This document shows positions 39,207 to 48,381 of a stretch of 64,000 bases of DNA, one piece after another. This DNA comes from Abditibacterium sp. Its GTDB lineage: Bacteria > Armatimonadota > Abditibacteriia > Abditibacteriales > Abditibacteriaceae. The stretch covers positions 2,560,001 to 2,624,000 of the forward strand of contig CBDASK010000003.1 of assembly GCA_965199495.1 (NCBI GenBank). Direction: 5' to 3'. The position numbers and the translations under genes are program-made. A model generated the notes under the pieces. It worked only from the letters and a program-made list of their open reading frames with translations, was not told the origin of the DNA and ran no database searches. Position 1 is the stretch's first letter, and every line of letters starts with the position of its first letter.

Positions 39207-40004
39207 ATGGCGCCCGATTTCACTCCCTTGACAATTGGCATTCGCGATTCGGGCGTCGGCGGCCTGACCGTGGCGCGCCGCGTGTTGGAATGTTTGCCCG
39301 GTGCGAATTTAGTTTATTTCGCCGATACCGCGCACGTTCCCTACGGCGACAAAACGCCCGCGCAGGTGCGCCACTACGCGCTTTCAATCTCGCGTTTTTT
39401 GATTGCTCAGGGCGCGCAAATGCTGGTTTTTGCCTGTAACACGACATCGGCTTTGGCTTTGGATACGGCCCGTGGCTGCTTCGACGTGCCGATCTTTGGC
39501 GTGATTCGTCCCGGCGCGCGCGTCGCTGCAAATTTATCGCAAGGTAAAGTCGGCGTTTTGGCGACGGCGGCGACGGTGCAAACCCGCGTTTACACGCGCG
39601 TTTTGCAAGAATACCGCGCCGATTTGCAGGTCGAAGAGATCGGCTGCCCGGCGTTTGTGCCGCTCGTAGAAGCGCACCAAACCGAAAGTATCGAGGCTCT
39701 CGAAGCGTGCAAACATTATCTGGCGCCGCTAAAGCGTTGGGGAGCCGATACCGTCGTTTTGGGCTGCACGCATTATCCGCTTTTGTTGCCCGCGTTGCAA
39801 CGCGTCGCGCCCGAAATTCGCTTCGTTGACCCGGCGCAGGCCGTCGCGCAGGAAGTCGCCGCCAGCGTGAAAAATGGGCCGAACGGCGCGGGCACCCATC
39901 GCTTTTTCGTATCGGGCGAAAAAGCGGGCGTCGGGCCGTGGATCGAAAGTTTGTTGAAAATTGGAAATCCTCTTTTGGAAGACGGGCCGATTTTCGATTT
40001 GTAA
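39207..40004 (+). CDS. murI: Glutamate racemase
   Basis: DSGVGGLT, PYGDK, ACNT, LGCTHYP. Confidence 0.96.
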   Translation: MAPDFTPLTIGIRDSGVGGLTVARRVLECLPGANLVYFADTAHVPYGDKTPAQVRHYALSISRFLIAQGAQMLVFACNTTSALALDTARGCFDVPIFGVIRPGARVAANLSQGKVGVLATAATVQTRVYTRVLQEYRADLQVEEIGCPAFVPLVEAHQTESIEALEACKHYLAPLKRWGADTVVLGCTHYPLLLPALQRVAPEIRFVDPAQAVAQEVAASVKNGPNGAGTHRFFVSGEKAGVGPWIESLLKIGNPLLEDGPIFDL

Positions 40005-40008
40005 AACG

Positions 40009-40141
40009 TGCTTTGCGTCCCGTAGAGACACCGACCGGGTGTCCCTTGGGCGGACGTCTAAAAAGTAGAAATTGCTTTCACGAGAGAGCGAATTTTACGT
40101 TTTAGACGCGATAAATCGCCGTCTCTACGGGACGCAAAGCA
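40009..40141. repeat. GTAGAGAC REP doublet, family copy 1 (divergent right arm)
   Basis: gtagagacaccgaccgggtgtcccttgggcggacgtctaaaa ... ttttagacgcgataaatcgccgtctctac. Confidence 0.85.
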
Positions 40142-40150
40142 AATACTCTA

Positions 40151-41149
40151 ATGCGATCTTCACAAATTCGCGGCGCGATGTTGGGTTTGCTCGTCGGCGA
40201 CGCATTGGGCGTGCCCTACGAATTTTCGCCGCCCGCCAAACTGCCGCCGCGCGCACAACTCGAAATGACGCCGCCCAACACTTGGCTGCCCGCGCATTTC
40301 GTCGCCAACGGCACATGGAGCGACGATGGAGCCACGGCGCTGGCCTTGACCGATTCGTTGCTCGATTGCGACGGTTTAAATTTAGAAGATTTGGCCCTCA
40401 AACTCGCCGATTGGCAGGATGACGGGCGCTATGCCGTAGACGCAAATGTCTTCGATATTGGCATCACGACATCCGAAGCCATCGGACGTTTTCGGTCGGG
40501 CGTCGCGGCGCGCGAGGCCGGGCCAGATAACGAAATGGCGAACGGCAACGGCAGTTTGATGCGCGTTTTGCCGCTCGCGCTATGGCATCGCGGCGACGAC
40601 GAAAATTTGGCGCGCGACGCGATGGCGCAATCGCTGGTGACGCACGGCCATGTGCGCGCGCAGTTGTGTTGCGCGCTGTTTTGCCTGTGGGCGCGTCGCA
40701 TCGGAAATGGCAACGCCAGTGAAATCGCGTGGGCTGATGCGACACAAACGTTGCGTGAATTATTACCCGTTTTGTGTCGCGCCGCCAATCCCCTTGACGA
40801 AAACGACGAGCCGTTGCAAAAGTTGATGAAGCAAGTCGCGCTGGAATCTTGGGAAAGCGAACTCGAATTTCACATTCGTCCCGCCGACGAAATTCCGGGA
40901 CGCGGTAGCGGCTACGTCGTGGATTGTCTGCGCAGCGTGCGCGATGCTTTGCGCGAACCGGATTACGAAGCCGTCGTGAAAACTGCGATTGGTCTGGGCC
41001 ACGATACCGACACAACCGCGTGCATCGCGGGCGGCGTGGCTGGTCTGCGTGATGGCGTGAAAGTGATTCCTGTGCGCTGGCGTAATGCGTTGCGCGGACG
41101 CGAAATTTGTAATCCGATTATCGAGAGATTGGTGGAATCGCGGTTATAA
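40151..41149 (+). CDS. ADP-ribosylglycohydrolase family protein
   Basis: GDALG, WSDDG, GNGSLMR, GHDTDT. Confidence 0.93.
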   Translation: MRSSQIRGAMLGLLVGDALGVPYEFSPPAKLPPRAQLEMTPPNTWLPAHFVANGTWSDDGATALALTDSLLDCDGLNLEDLALKLADWQDDGRYAVDANVFDIGITTSEAIGRFRSGVAAREAGPDNEMANGNGSLMRVLPLALWHRGDDENLARDAMAQSLVTHGHVRAQLCCALFCLWARRIGNGNASEIAWADATQTLRELLPVLCRAANPLDENDEPLQKLMKQVALESWESELEFHIRPADEIPGRGSGYVVDCLRSVRDALREPDYEAVVKTAIGLGHDTDTTACIAGGVAGLRDGVKVIPVRWRNALRGREICNPIIERLVESRL

Positions 41150-41154
41150 ATTTA

Positions 41155-41349
41155 GGAGTTACGCATTTGGCCCACGTTTGTCATTTCGAGCGGAGCCGAG
41201 AAATCTTGCGCCCGCGCGGCAGCGCCGTTCAAGCGGTTTTCGCTTTCAAAGCTATCTATGACTTCCGCTGGCGCAGGGCCGAAAGATTTCTGCCGCTCAG
41301 GGGGCACCCGGCGCTCGAAATGACAAATTGGAGCCAACTGCGTAACTCC
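41155..41349. mobile_element. MITE-like element
   Basis: Terminal IR ggagttacgca/tgcgtaactcc; inner IR tttgtcatttcgagcg/cgctcgaaatgacaaa; no credible ORF. Confidence 0.6.
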
Positions 41350-41379
41350 CAAAATTGTTTGCTCTAAATCACGCTTTAT

Positions 41380-43059
41380 TTATTTCGCTGCCGTCGAAAT
41401 GCCGACATCCACATATTGACCGCCCGTCGTTTGATGACAATGCGCCGCGATGACATTGCGGCCCGGCTTGAGCAACGCCAACGTTTCGGCGTTCATCGCT
41501 AAGCGCGTGTAGGCCGAAGTCCAACGGACTAAACCAATGGCTTTTTGGCCGTTAATGTAAATCTCGACATCTTCGTCGTGATGCACCCACAAATTGGCCT
41601 GTTTGGGCACCGATTCGAGCGTGAACTCGCGGCGTATCCAGATGTCGGGGTTATCCCACAATGTGTTGGGATAACCGCCGGGCACCGCCGTTCCAAAACC
41701 CCCCGCGCCTTTTTTCCATGTCGCATCGTAGAAATCAATCGCCATCCAATTGTCGGCTGGCTCAATCGTGGTATAGCGCCAAATATCCTTCGCGTCGAAT
41801 TGCGCGGCAGTCGGCAGCAGCCACTGGCGCTTGATCGCCGCCGGGCGCAGGCCAGCTTTGACTTGTTGAATCGTGTCGCTAAACAGTTTCAATTCGGCGG
41901 GTTTATAAGGCGCAATCGTCGAGGCTTTGGGATCGTGGGCGGCGGGAAAACTGTAACCGCCTTCGGGGATCGATTCGACTGTGTATTGCGAACGATAGAG
42001 ATCGTGTTGCCACAAATCGGGCGATTTCATGCCGGGCTGGGCGCCCCAGCGCAGGTTGGTTTGCGTGCGCCCGTTGACCAAACCCCAGTGAATCGCGCCG
42101 ACGTTGTTGCGCGCCAAAACCGGCAACACATCTTCGACGGTCGAACCCGCCGAGCGGTTGAGCCACTCGCTGCAAATCATCGGGCGCCCGGCAAAGCTGA
42201 GCGTATCAATTGTATTTTGCATCGAAGCGCCGTTATCGTAATTATGAAACGTTATAATGTCGCTCCGTTCGTAGGCGAGCTGCGCCATTTTGGGCGTGCC
42301 AAAAACGTCGCAGGTGAGCGGTTGAACCGGGTCAATGGCGCGCGCCCAGTTGAAAACTTCGTTGACCAGAGGCGTTGTCACATCGCCCAAGCCGCCGTTG
42401 GTCGGCTCGTTATACAAATCCCACAGCCACACGCGTTTGTCGTTTTTGTAGCTCGAAATCATGTCGGTGACATACTTTTGCAAACGCGGCCACTGCGCCA
42501 TATCGCGCACGATGGGATGGCCGGGCGAAGGCGTCCAACCGTTGGCATACCAGCCCGGCACGACGACCGGTTGCAGCCCATAAACCGGCTGTTCGATTGG
42601 CCCGAAAACGCAATCGTCGAACAGCGCGGGCATCACGCGAATGCCGCGTTTCGACGCGACTTCGAGGAAGCGGCTGAAGTTGGCCTTGAACGCTTTGGGA
42701 TCGTGTTCCCACACCACGAACGGCAAAACCATACGCGCGCAGTTGAACCCGTCGCCCTGCGCCAGCGCCAACTCGCGGTCAATTTTGGCGGCGTCGAAGT
42801 TGTAGGGCATCCACATTTCGGTATAAGAAATCGAATGCGCCGGAATGTAATTGAAGCCGCACGGCCAATCCCCGCCCTGATACCACTGCCATGCGCGCTC
42901 GGTCGTCCAACGTTTGGCGTCGGTCGGCACGCGCTCGAATTGAGCAGCCACGTCGGGTGTGAGCGCGGTTGGAAGGTCTTGCGCCTGTGCAGTTTGGGTC
43001 GCCAACACGGCGCCGACCAACAGAGCGGCACCAGCCGCAATAAGAAATGGAGAGGTCAT
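41380..43059 (-). CDS. Secreted clan GH-A glycoside hydrolase with C-terminal beta-sandwich domain
   Basis: Signal peptide; WDLYNEP, ITFHNY, CSEW; DIWIRREF...HDEDVEIYING. Confidence 0.8.
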   Translation of the reverse strand: MTSPFLIAAGAALLVGAVLATQTAQAQDLPTALTPDVAAQFERVPTDAKRWTTERAWQWYQGGDWPCGFNYIPAHSISYTEMWMPYNFDAAKIDRELALAQGDGFNCARMVLPFVVWEHDPKAFKANFSRFLEVASKRGIRVMPALFDDCVFGPIEQPVYGLQPVVVPGWYANGWTPSPGHPIVRDMAQWPRLQKYVTDMISSYKNDKRVWLWDLYNEPTNGGLGDVTTPLVNEVFNWARAIDPVQPLTCDVFGTPKMAQLAYERSDIITFHNYDNGASMQNTIDTLSFAGRPMICSEWLNRSAGSTVEDVLPVLARNNVGAIHWGLVNGRTQTNLRWGAQPGMKSPDLWQHDLYRSQYTVESIPEGGYSFPAAHDPKASTIAPYKPAELKLFSDTIQQVKAGLRPAAIKRQWLLPTAAQFDAKDIWRYTTIEPADNWMAIDFYDATWKKGAGGFGTAVPGGYPNTLWDNPDIWIRREFTLESVPKQANLWVHHDEDVEIYINGQKAIGLVRWTSAYTRLAMNAETLALLKPGRNVIAAHCHQTTGGQYVDVGISTAAK

Positions 43060-43188
43060 AGCCAAATTAAATGATGGAGAGAATCAGTCTATTCGGACAT
43101 TGGATTTTTAACGAAATCTCGAATCCCGAAATATCAACGGCGCGACCAAATTTTCGTTGGGCCGCGCCGCTTTCGTTTGTTTTCAATT

Positions 43189-45363
43189 TTACTTTCGATT
43201 CGCCAAAAACCGCTCCGCCGTGCGCAGACTTAGCGCCATAATCGTCAAAGCCGGATTCACATCGAGCGCCGTCGGGAACGTCGAGTTGTCCGAGATATAT
43301 AAGTTCGGCACGTCGTGGCTGCGACCGTCGGGATTGACCACGCTTTTTGAAGCGTCGGTGCCCATCATCGCCGTGCCGATGACGTGGGCGTGACGCTGGA
43401 AATGCCACATATTTTGGGCGCCCGCCGCCTCGAAAATTTGCGTCATCGTTTTTAGCGCGTGCGCGTCCATCGCGTTTTCGTTGTCGCCAACAGTAAACGT
43501 CAGCTTCGGTTTGCGCACGCCGCGCGCGTCCAACTCGTCCGAAAGTTCGAGATGGTTGTGTTCGTAGGGCAAACACTCGCCCAGAATGTTGATACCCGCG
43601 ACGTGATTGTATTGGCTCAGATGATTGCGCATTTCGGCACCGAATTTTTGCTGGCCGCGCGCGTATTGGCTGGCATAGGTCACCGGCATCACGCCGATGG
43701 ATTGAATTAAGTAGCCACCGGCGAAGTCCACGCCTTTCATGCGGTGCGTGTCCTGCGAAATCAGCGCGCCCGGAATGCCTTTGAAAGGCCGCACTTCGTC
43801 CTCGAAAGTCGCCCACAGCTGCATACCGGGATGCGCCATGAAGTTCTTGCCGACCTGCCCGCTACCGTTCGCCAAATCATTGAGCAACAGCAAACGCGGC
43901 GTCTCGATGGAGCCAGCGCACAAAAACAGGTTTTTACATTTCTGGCGTTTTTCTTCGCCATTTTCTTGATAAACGACGCCGGTGATGATGCCGTCTTTTT
44001 TCTCGATAGCTGCGACGTAACAGTTGGGTCGAATTTCGGCGCCGTGCTGCAAGGCGAGCGGAATATAAGTCACATCAACCGACGATTTGGCGCCGGTCGA
44101 ACAACCGGCCTGACAGAAACCGCGATTGGAACAGGCCGCGCGCCAACCTACGCCCTCGACATAATAAGGCGCCGACAGCGCGGCGTTAGGCGCCGGGCTG
44201 CTTTTGAGACCGATGGCGTCGCAGCCTTTTTTCATGATTTGCCCGGCGGCGTTGACCGGCAATGGCGACAGGGGATAACCTTTAGCGCGCGGCGGCCCCC
44301 ACGGATAAGGCGATGGGCCGGAAACGCCGATAAACCATTCGACTTCGCTGAGATAGGGTTCGAGTTCGCTGTATTTTATCGGCCAATCGTTGCCAACGCC
44401 GAAATCGGTGCGGAGCGTAAAATCGTCGGGAAACGGGCGCGGCGTGTAGGCCGTGTAATGCAAAGTCGAGCCGCCAACGCCGATGCCGGAGTTATTGGCC
44501 CCAAACGCGACGGCGTTTTTGCCCCCCGACAAGCGTTCGTCGAGCCAGAACAGAAAGTTCTGCGCGCGCTCGTCGGTCGCGAAATCGCGCGGATCGTGCC
44601 ACTGCCCCGCTTCCAGAGCCACGCATTTCAAACCGGCTTTGGCCAAACGCGCGAGCAATGGCCCACCGCCCGCGCCCAACCCGATGATCAAAGCATCCAC
44701 TTCTTCTTCGTTATCAAATCGCTGCATCGGCGCCTTAACCACGCCGCCGGGCGCGAAGTTTTTCCAATCGGTTTCGCCGAAATCGAGCGATTCCGATGGT
44801 TCTGGTTCGAGGAAAATCACGCCGTTTGAATCCGGTTCGCGCGCCTGTTTTTCATTGAGTTTGATTTGCGACCAACCCGGCTTATCGGCGAAACCAGCAT
44901 ATTTCGCGTCGGCTTGTGTGGCGGGCTGCCCCATGTAAATCTCGGCGACTTCAGCCATCAAATCGCCGAAAAACCGTTTGGCGGCCCAACCTTCGGGCAA
45001 CGTTTCCAGTTCGCCCACGCGCGCTTTTTTCAAAAGTTCATCGCGCGCATCATCGTCGGCGTTTTCCCAACCGGCGTCGCGTAACGCGCCGATAAAGAGA
45101 CGAATCGCCGCGCCATCTTCGGGTAATTCGGCGAAGCGCCAGCCGTTGCCTTTGCCATTGGCCAAACGTGTGTCAATCTCGGACGCGATGAGCGCGCCGA
45201 ATTTCGGGTCGCCCAGACGTTCGCAAATTTGCTGGAATAACGGAAAATCTGGGCCAAAAAATTGCGCGGGTTGCGGCGTCTGCGCCTCGCGTTTTTCGAT
45301 GGCCACGCGCGTCGGCGCCGCCGTGGCTGTTGATCGGAGCAGTTCGTCGAAATAGTTGGACAT
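43189..45363 (-). CDS. GMC oxidoreductase with a fused N-terminal small-subunit-like domain
   Basis: IIGLGAGG, GVGGSTLHY, CSNRGFCQAGC, ETPRLLL, NPALT. Confidence 0.88.
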   Translation of the reverse strand: MSNYFDELLRSTATAAPTRVAIEKREAQTPQPAQFFGPDFPLFQQICERLGDPKFGALIASEIDTRLANGKGNGWRFAELPEDGAAIRLFIGALRDAGWENADDDARDELLKKARVGELETLPEGWAAKRFFGDLMAEVAEIYMGQPATQADAKYAGFADKPGWSQIKLNEKQAREPDSNGVIFLEPEPSESLDFGETDWKNFAPGGVVKAPMQRFDNEEEVDALIIGLGAGGGPLLARLAKAGLKCVALEAGQWHDPRDFATDERAQNFLFWLDERLSGGKNAVAFGANNSGIGVGGSTLHYTAYTPRPFPDDFTLRTDFGVGNDWPIKYSELEPYLSEVEWFIGVSGPSPYPWGPPRAKGYPLSPLPVNAAGQIMKKGCDAIGLKSSPAPNAALSAPYYVEGVGWRAACSNRGFCQAGCSTGAKSSVDVTYIPLALQHGAEIRPNCYVAAIEKKDGIITGVVYQENGEEKRQKCKNLFLCAGSIETPRLLLLNDLANGSGQVGKNFMAHPGMQLWATFEDEVRPFKGIPGALISQDTHRMKGVDFAGGYLIQSIGVMPVTYASQYARGQQKFGAEMRNHLSQYNHVAGINILGECLPYEHNHLELSDELDARGVRKPKLTFTVGDNENAMDAHALKTMTQIFEAAGAQNMWHFQRHAHVIGTAMMGTDASKSVVNPDGRSHDVPNLYISDNSTFPTALDVNPALTIMALSLRTAERFLANRK

Positions 45364-45388
45364 TGGAGAAAAGTTTAGCCAGACAAAC

Positions 45389-45510
45389 GTAGAGACACCG
45401 ACCGGGTGCCCCCTGGGCGGATGTCTAAAATGTCCAAGCTCTCGCAAAATTAGCGAGTTTCATTTACGTTTTAGACATCCGCCCAGGGGGCACCCGGTCG
45501 GTGTCTCTAC
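45389..45510. repeat. GTAGAGAC REP doublet, family copy 2
   Basis: Perfect 42-bp arms gtagagacaccgaccgggtgccccctgggcggatgtctaaaa. Confidence 0.9.
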
Positions 45511-45530
45511 ATTAAGAACACATCGGAGAT

Positions 45531-46397
45531 TTAGCCGTCGCTCGACATTTTGCCGCCGGTCACATCCACCAGCGCGCCCGTCATGAAACTGCCGTCGCTC
45601 GATGCTAATAAAACGAAAGCGGGCGCCAACTCTTCGGGTTGACCGGGCCGAGCGAGCGCGACTTCGTGACCGAAGTTTTTCACTTCGTCTTTGGGCATCG
45701 TGCCGGGAATGTTGGGCGTCCAGACCGGGCCGGGCACAACGGCGTTGACGCGGATGTTCTTTGGGCCGAGTTGCAAAGCCAGCGCGCGCGTGAAAGCGTG
45801 GATGCCGCCCTTCGTGGTGCAGTAATCCACCAAAATTTCGTTGCCGGTTTTTCCGACAATCGAACCGGTATTAACAATGCAATCGCCGTCTTTTAAATGT
45901 TTGAGCGCGGCTTGCGTCATCCAGAACATGCCGAAAATGTTGGTTTCGACCGTGCGGCGCAAATCTGCTTCGGGCGCATCGGCGAAGTTTTCGTGCGTCG
46001 CCTGAAACGCCGCGTTATTCACCAAAATATTTAAGCTGCCAAACGCTTCAACCGTATGCTCGACGGCGTTTTGGCAATCGCGCGGCACGCGAATATCGGT
46101 TTTAATCACCAGACACTCGCCACCTTTATCTTCGCACATTTGCTTGGTTTTTTCGGCGTCTTCCGTGTTTTCGTTGTAAACGATGGCGACGCGCGCGCCT
46201 TCCATCGAGAACGCAACAGCCACGGCGCGCCCGATGCCCGAATCGGCGCCCGTAATCAAAGCGACTTTGCCTTCGAGTTTGCCCGCCGCCTTATAATTCG
46301 ATAAATCGGAATCGGGTTGCAATTTCATATCGGCCTGCGAGGCCGGGTAGGGCAACTGCTCGCCCGGAATTTCTTTGGATGTCGGATAATCGCTCAT
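45531..46397 (-). CDS. SDR oxidoreductase (YghA/general-stress type)
   Basis: ITGADSGIG, VNNAAFQ, YCTTK, PGPVWTP, RPGQPEE. Confidence 0.92.
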   Translation of the reverse strand: MSDYPTSKEIPGEQLPYPASQADMKLQPDSDLSNYKAAGKLEGKVALITGADSGIGRAVAVAFSMEGARVAIVYNENTEDAEKTKQMCEDKGGECLVIKTDIRVPRDCQNAVEHTVEAFGSLNILVNNAAFQATHENFADAPEADLRRTVETNIFGMFWMTQAALKHLKDGDCIVNTGSIVGKTGNEILVDYCTTKGGIHAFTRALALQLGPKNIRVNAVVPGPVWTPNIPGTMPKDEVKNFGHEVALARPGQPEELAPAFVLLASSDGSFMTGALVDVTGGKMSSDG

Positions 46398-46433
46398 AGC
46401 GCGCACCAAACAGGCAACGCGCGTGCCCAAAAG

Positions 46434-46470
46434 CACAAAAGTATCCCGCAGAGAGCGGGATACTTTTGTG
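46434..46470 (-). terminator. Terminator hairpin after the DUF1559 gene
   Basis: cacaaaagtatcccgc-agaga-gcgggatacttttgtg. Confidence 0.7.
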
Positions 46471-46491
46471 ATTTATGGAGTGTTCAACGAA

Positions 46492-47274
46492 CTATGATTT
46501 GTTGACCTTCTCCGTCCAGGCATTCAAATTCGCCATAAGAGCAGCGTAATTGCCGCGATTAGACGCGAGGCCGGGCACGTCATTGACCTCTTCAATATTC
46601 CACATATTGACAGGTGTGCCCGTTGCAGAAGGTTTTAGCGCCTTGACGTGGCCATCGGAAAAAAGAAAGTTACACGTCTGCAAATGGCCTGGGAAGGCAA
46701 AAAACTGAGTGAAGGTGGCGGGGTCATAGTTAAGGCCCATCTCGGAGAATCTGTAAATGCTTTCGCAGACCAATACCGTTTGAGCCGTATCGCCGATGGC
46801 AGCCAACGAGGAACTTCTTCCATACTCCGTGGGCGCACTGCCCCCGATATTGTAATCGGTGCCGTTGATGGCGTAAGAGCTTTTAAATCGCGGCGAGCCT
46901 GTGGGCAGAACGGCCATTTTCGCGTTGCTGCTGTCATCGGCATATCCATCCTGTTCGTAGGGAGTTGTGTTCGAGGGACAACTATAAAGTTGCGAACTCT
47001 TAACGTAGGGGTAAGTCGTGCGGCGCCACGTCATAGCGGCCCCAATATCGTCAGCGGTGTTATAGCGACGCAAAGGCATTTTCTCGTCGTAATCCTGCGT
47101 GTATTGCATTACTCCTAAACCAATCTGCTTGAGATTGCTCTGGCACGACGAACGACGGGCGTTTTCGCGGGCACGCGCAAAAACGGGAAACAGAATCGCT
47201 GCAAGAATGGCGATGATGGCAATCACAACGAGAAGCTCGATTAACGTGAAGGCTTGAAACTTATGATTTTTCAT
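46492..47274 (-). CDS. Prepilin-type N-terminal methylation / DUF1559 / H-X9-DG protein
   Basis: [49 protein letters not shown]. Confidence 0.93.
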   Translation of the reverse strand: MKNHKFQAFTLIELLVVIAIIAILAAILFPVFARARENARRSSCQSNLKQIGLGVMQYTQDYDEKMPLRRYNTADDIGAAMTWRRTTYPYVKSSQLYSCPSNTTPYEQDGYADDSSNAKMAVLPTGSPRFKSSYAINGTDYNIGGSAPTEYGRSSSLAAIGDTAQTVLVCESIYRFSEMGLNYDPATFTQFFAFPGHLQTCNFLFSDGHVKALKPSATGTPVNMWNIEEVNDVPGLASNRGNYAALMANLNAWTEKVNKS

Positions 47275-47467
47275 GATGAATCCGAATTCGGCGGGAGACA
47301 TATATTAAATAGAGGTACCCGCGAACTCCTAATTCATTATAAAGTCTCTGGCCCAAGGATGTGTTACCTCTATATTACGTGGAAGTAAAGGTTTTTATTT
47401 TGAAGAAAATAAAAGAAATAAAATAGTTTGTGTCAATTTAAACTCAGAAAAATAAGAGTTGGATAAT

Positions 47468-48244
47468 TCAGTCTGCTATATCCGTGCGACACCACAATTC
47501 CAGATGTGCGCTCGCGTCGCCGCGAAACGAGCCGACGTGCGGCGCTAAATCGTAGAAATCGCGACCTACACCGATGGCGACGCAACCGGGCGAAGGCGCG
47601 CGGCCATGCGTTGGGTCGAAGGCGTGCCATTGTCTGTCAGCCAGAACTTCGGCCCACGCGTGCAGTTGGCCCTCGGCGGGATTGTAACCGGCGACGTAGC
47701 GCGCGGCCAAACCGCTTGAGCGACAGAGCGAAAGGAAGATATGCGCGAAATCGGCGCACGAACCGACGCGACGCAGCCACGCCGTGGCTGCATTGGGCGG
47801 ACGAGCGTCGGCGCGCGCGCGATAAATCAATTCGTCGTGGCAAAACGCGCAAAAATAAGCCGCGCGTTCGAGCGGCGCCAGAGTGCGTTGCGCGCGCCCC
47901 AGCGTTTGCAGTTCGGCGCCAAAACCCACGGCGCGCGAGGGCAATTTGAATTGGCCCAACCGTTCGTCTTCGCGCCACGCAAGCGGAAGTTGCGCGGTTT
48001 GCGTTTCCAGATTTAGCTCGAATTCAAACGCGCGCTCGATACTTTGATGGCGCAATATCAAACGGCGATTGCCCCATTCGTCGAAATTTTCGACGGCGCT
48101 TTCGGCGCGCGGCGAGACTTGCCAGTTTTCGCTGACTACGGATTGTCCGGCGCGCGCCAGCGGCAAGACGCGCAGCATCCGCCGCGCCTCGCGAACGGGC
48201 GCGTCGTAAGTCACGCGAAGGCGGAGTTGGGTGCGCGAAAGCAT
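47468..48244 (-). CDS. Bacterial transglutaminase-like protein
   Basis: GSCADFAH, ARYVAGY, HAWAEV, FDPT, GRDFYD. Confidence 0.9.
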   Translation of the reverse strand: MLSRTQLRLRVTYDAPVREARRMLRVLPLARAGQSVVSENWQVSPRAESAVENFDEWGNRRLILRHQSIERAFEFELNLETQTAQLPLAWREDERLGQFKLPSRAVGFGAELQTLGRAQRTLAPLERAAYFCAFCHDELIYRARADARPPNAATAWLRRVGSCADFAHIFLSLCRSSGLAARYVAGYNPAEGQLHAWAEVLADRQWHAFDPTHGRAPSPGCVAIGVGRDFYDLAPHVGSFRGDASAHLELWCRTDIAD

Positions 48245-48260
48245 GGGGCCAGCGGTCTTT

Positions 48261-48381
48261 GTAGAGACACCGACCGGGTGCCCCCTGGGCGGATGTCTAA
48301 AACGTCGAAGCTCTCGCGAACTCAGCAAGTTCATTTACGTTTTAGACATCCGCCCAGGGGGCACCCGGTCGGTGTCTCTAC
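48261..48381. repeat. GTAGAGAC REP doublet, family copy 3
   Basis: Same arms as 45389-45510. Confidence 0.9.

Noticed and set aside
41545..43074. 509-aa + strand ORF and similar long antisense ORFs (43744-44829, 29880-30707, 55499-56557)
   Set aside because: Antisense shadows of well-supported genes, with no motifs.
45364..45447. N-terminal ORF extensions such as FRHPPRGHPVGVST (also 48245-48334, 51411-51608, 26017-26076, 13041-13091)
   Set aside because: They are translations of REP/MITE DNA; downstream ATG starts fit better.
40009..48381. CRISPR array from the repeated 42-bp unit
   Set aside because: Copies are inverted pairs kilobases apart, not direct repeats with spacers; no cas genes.
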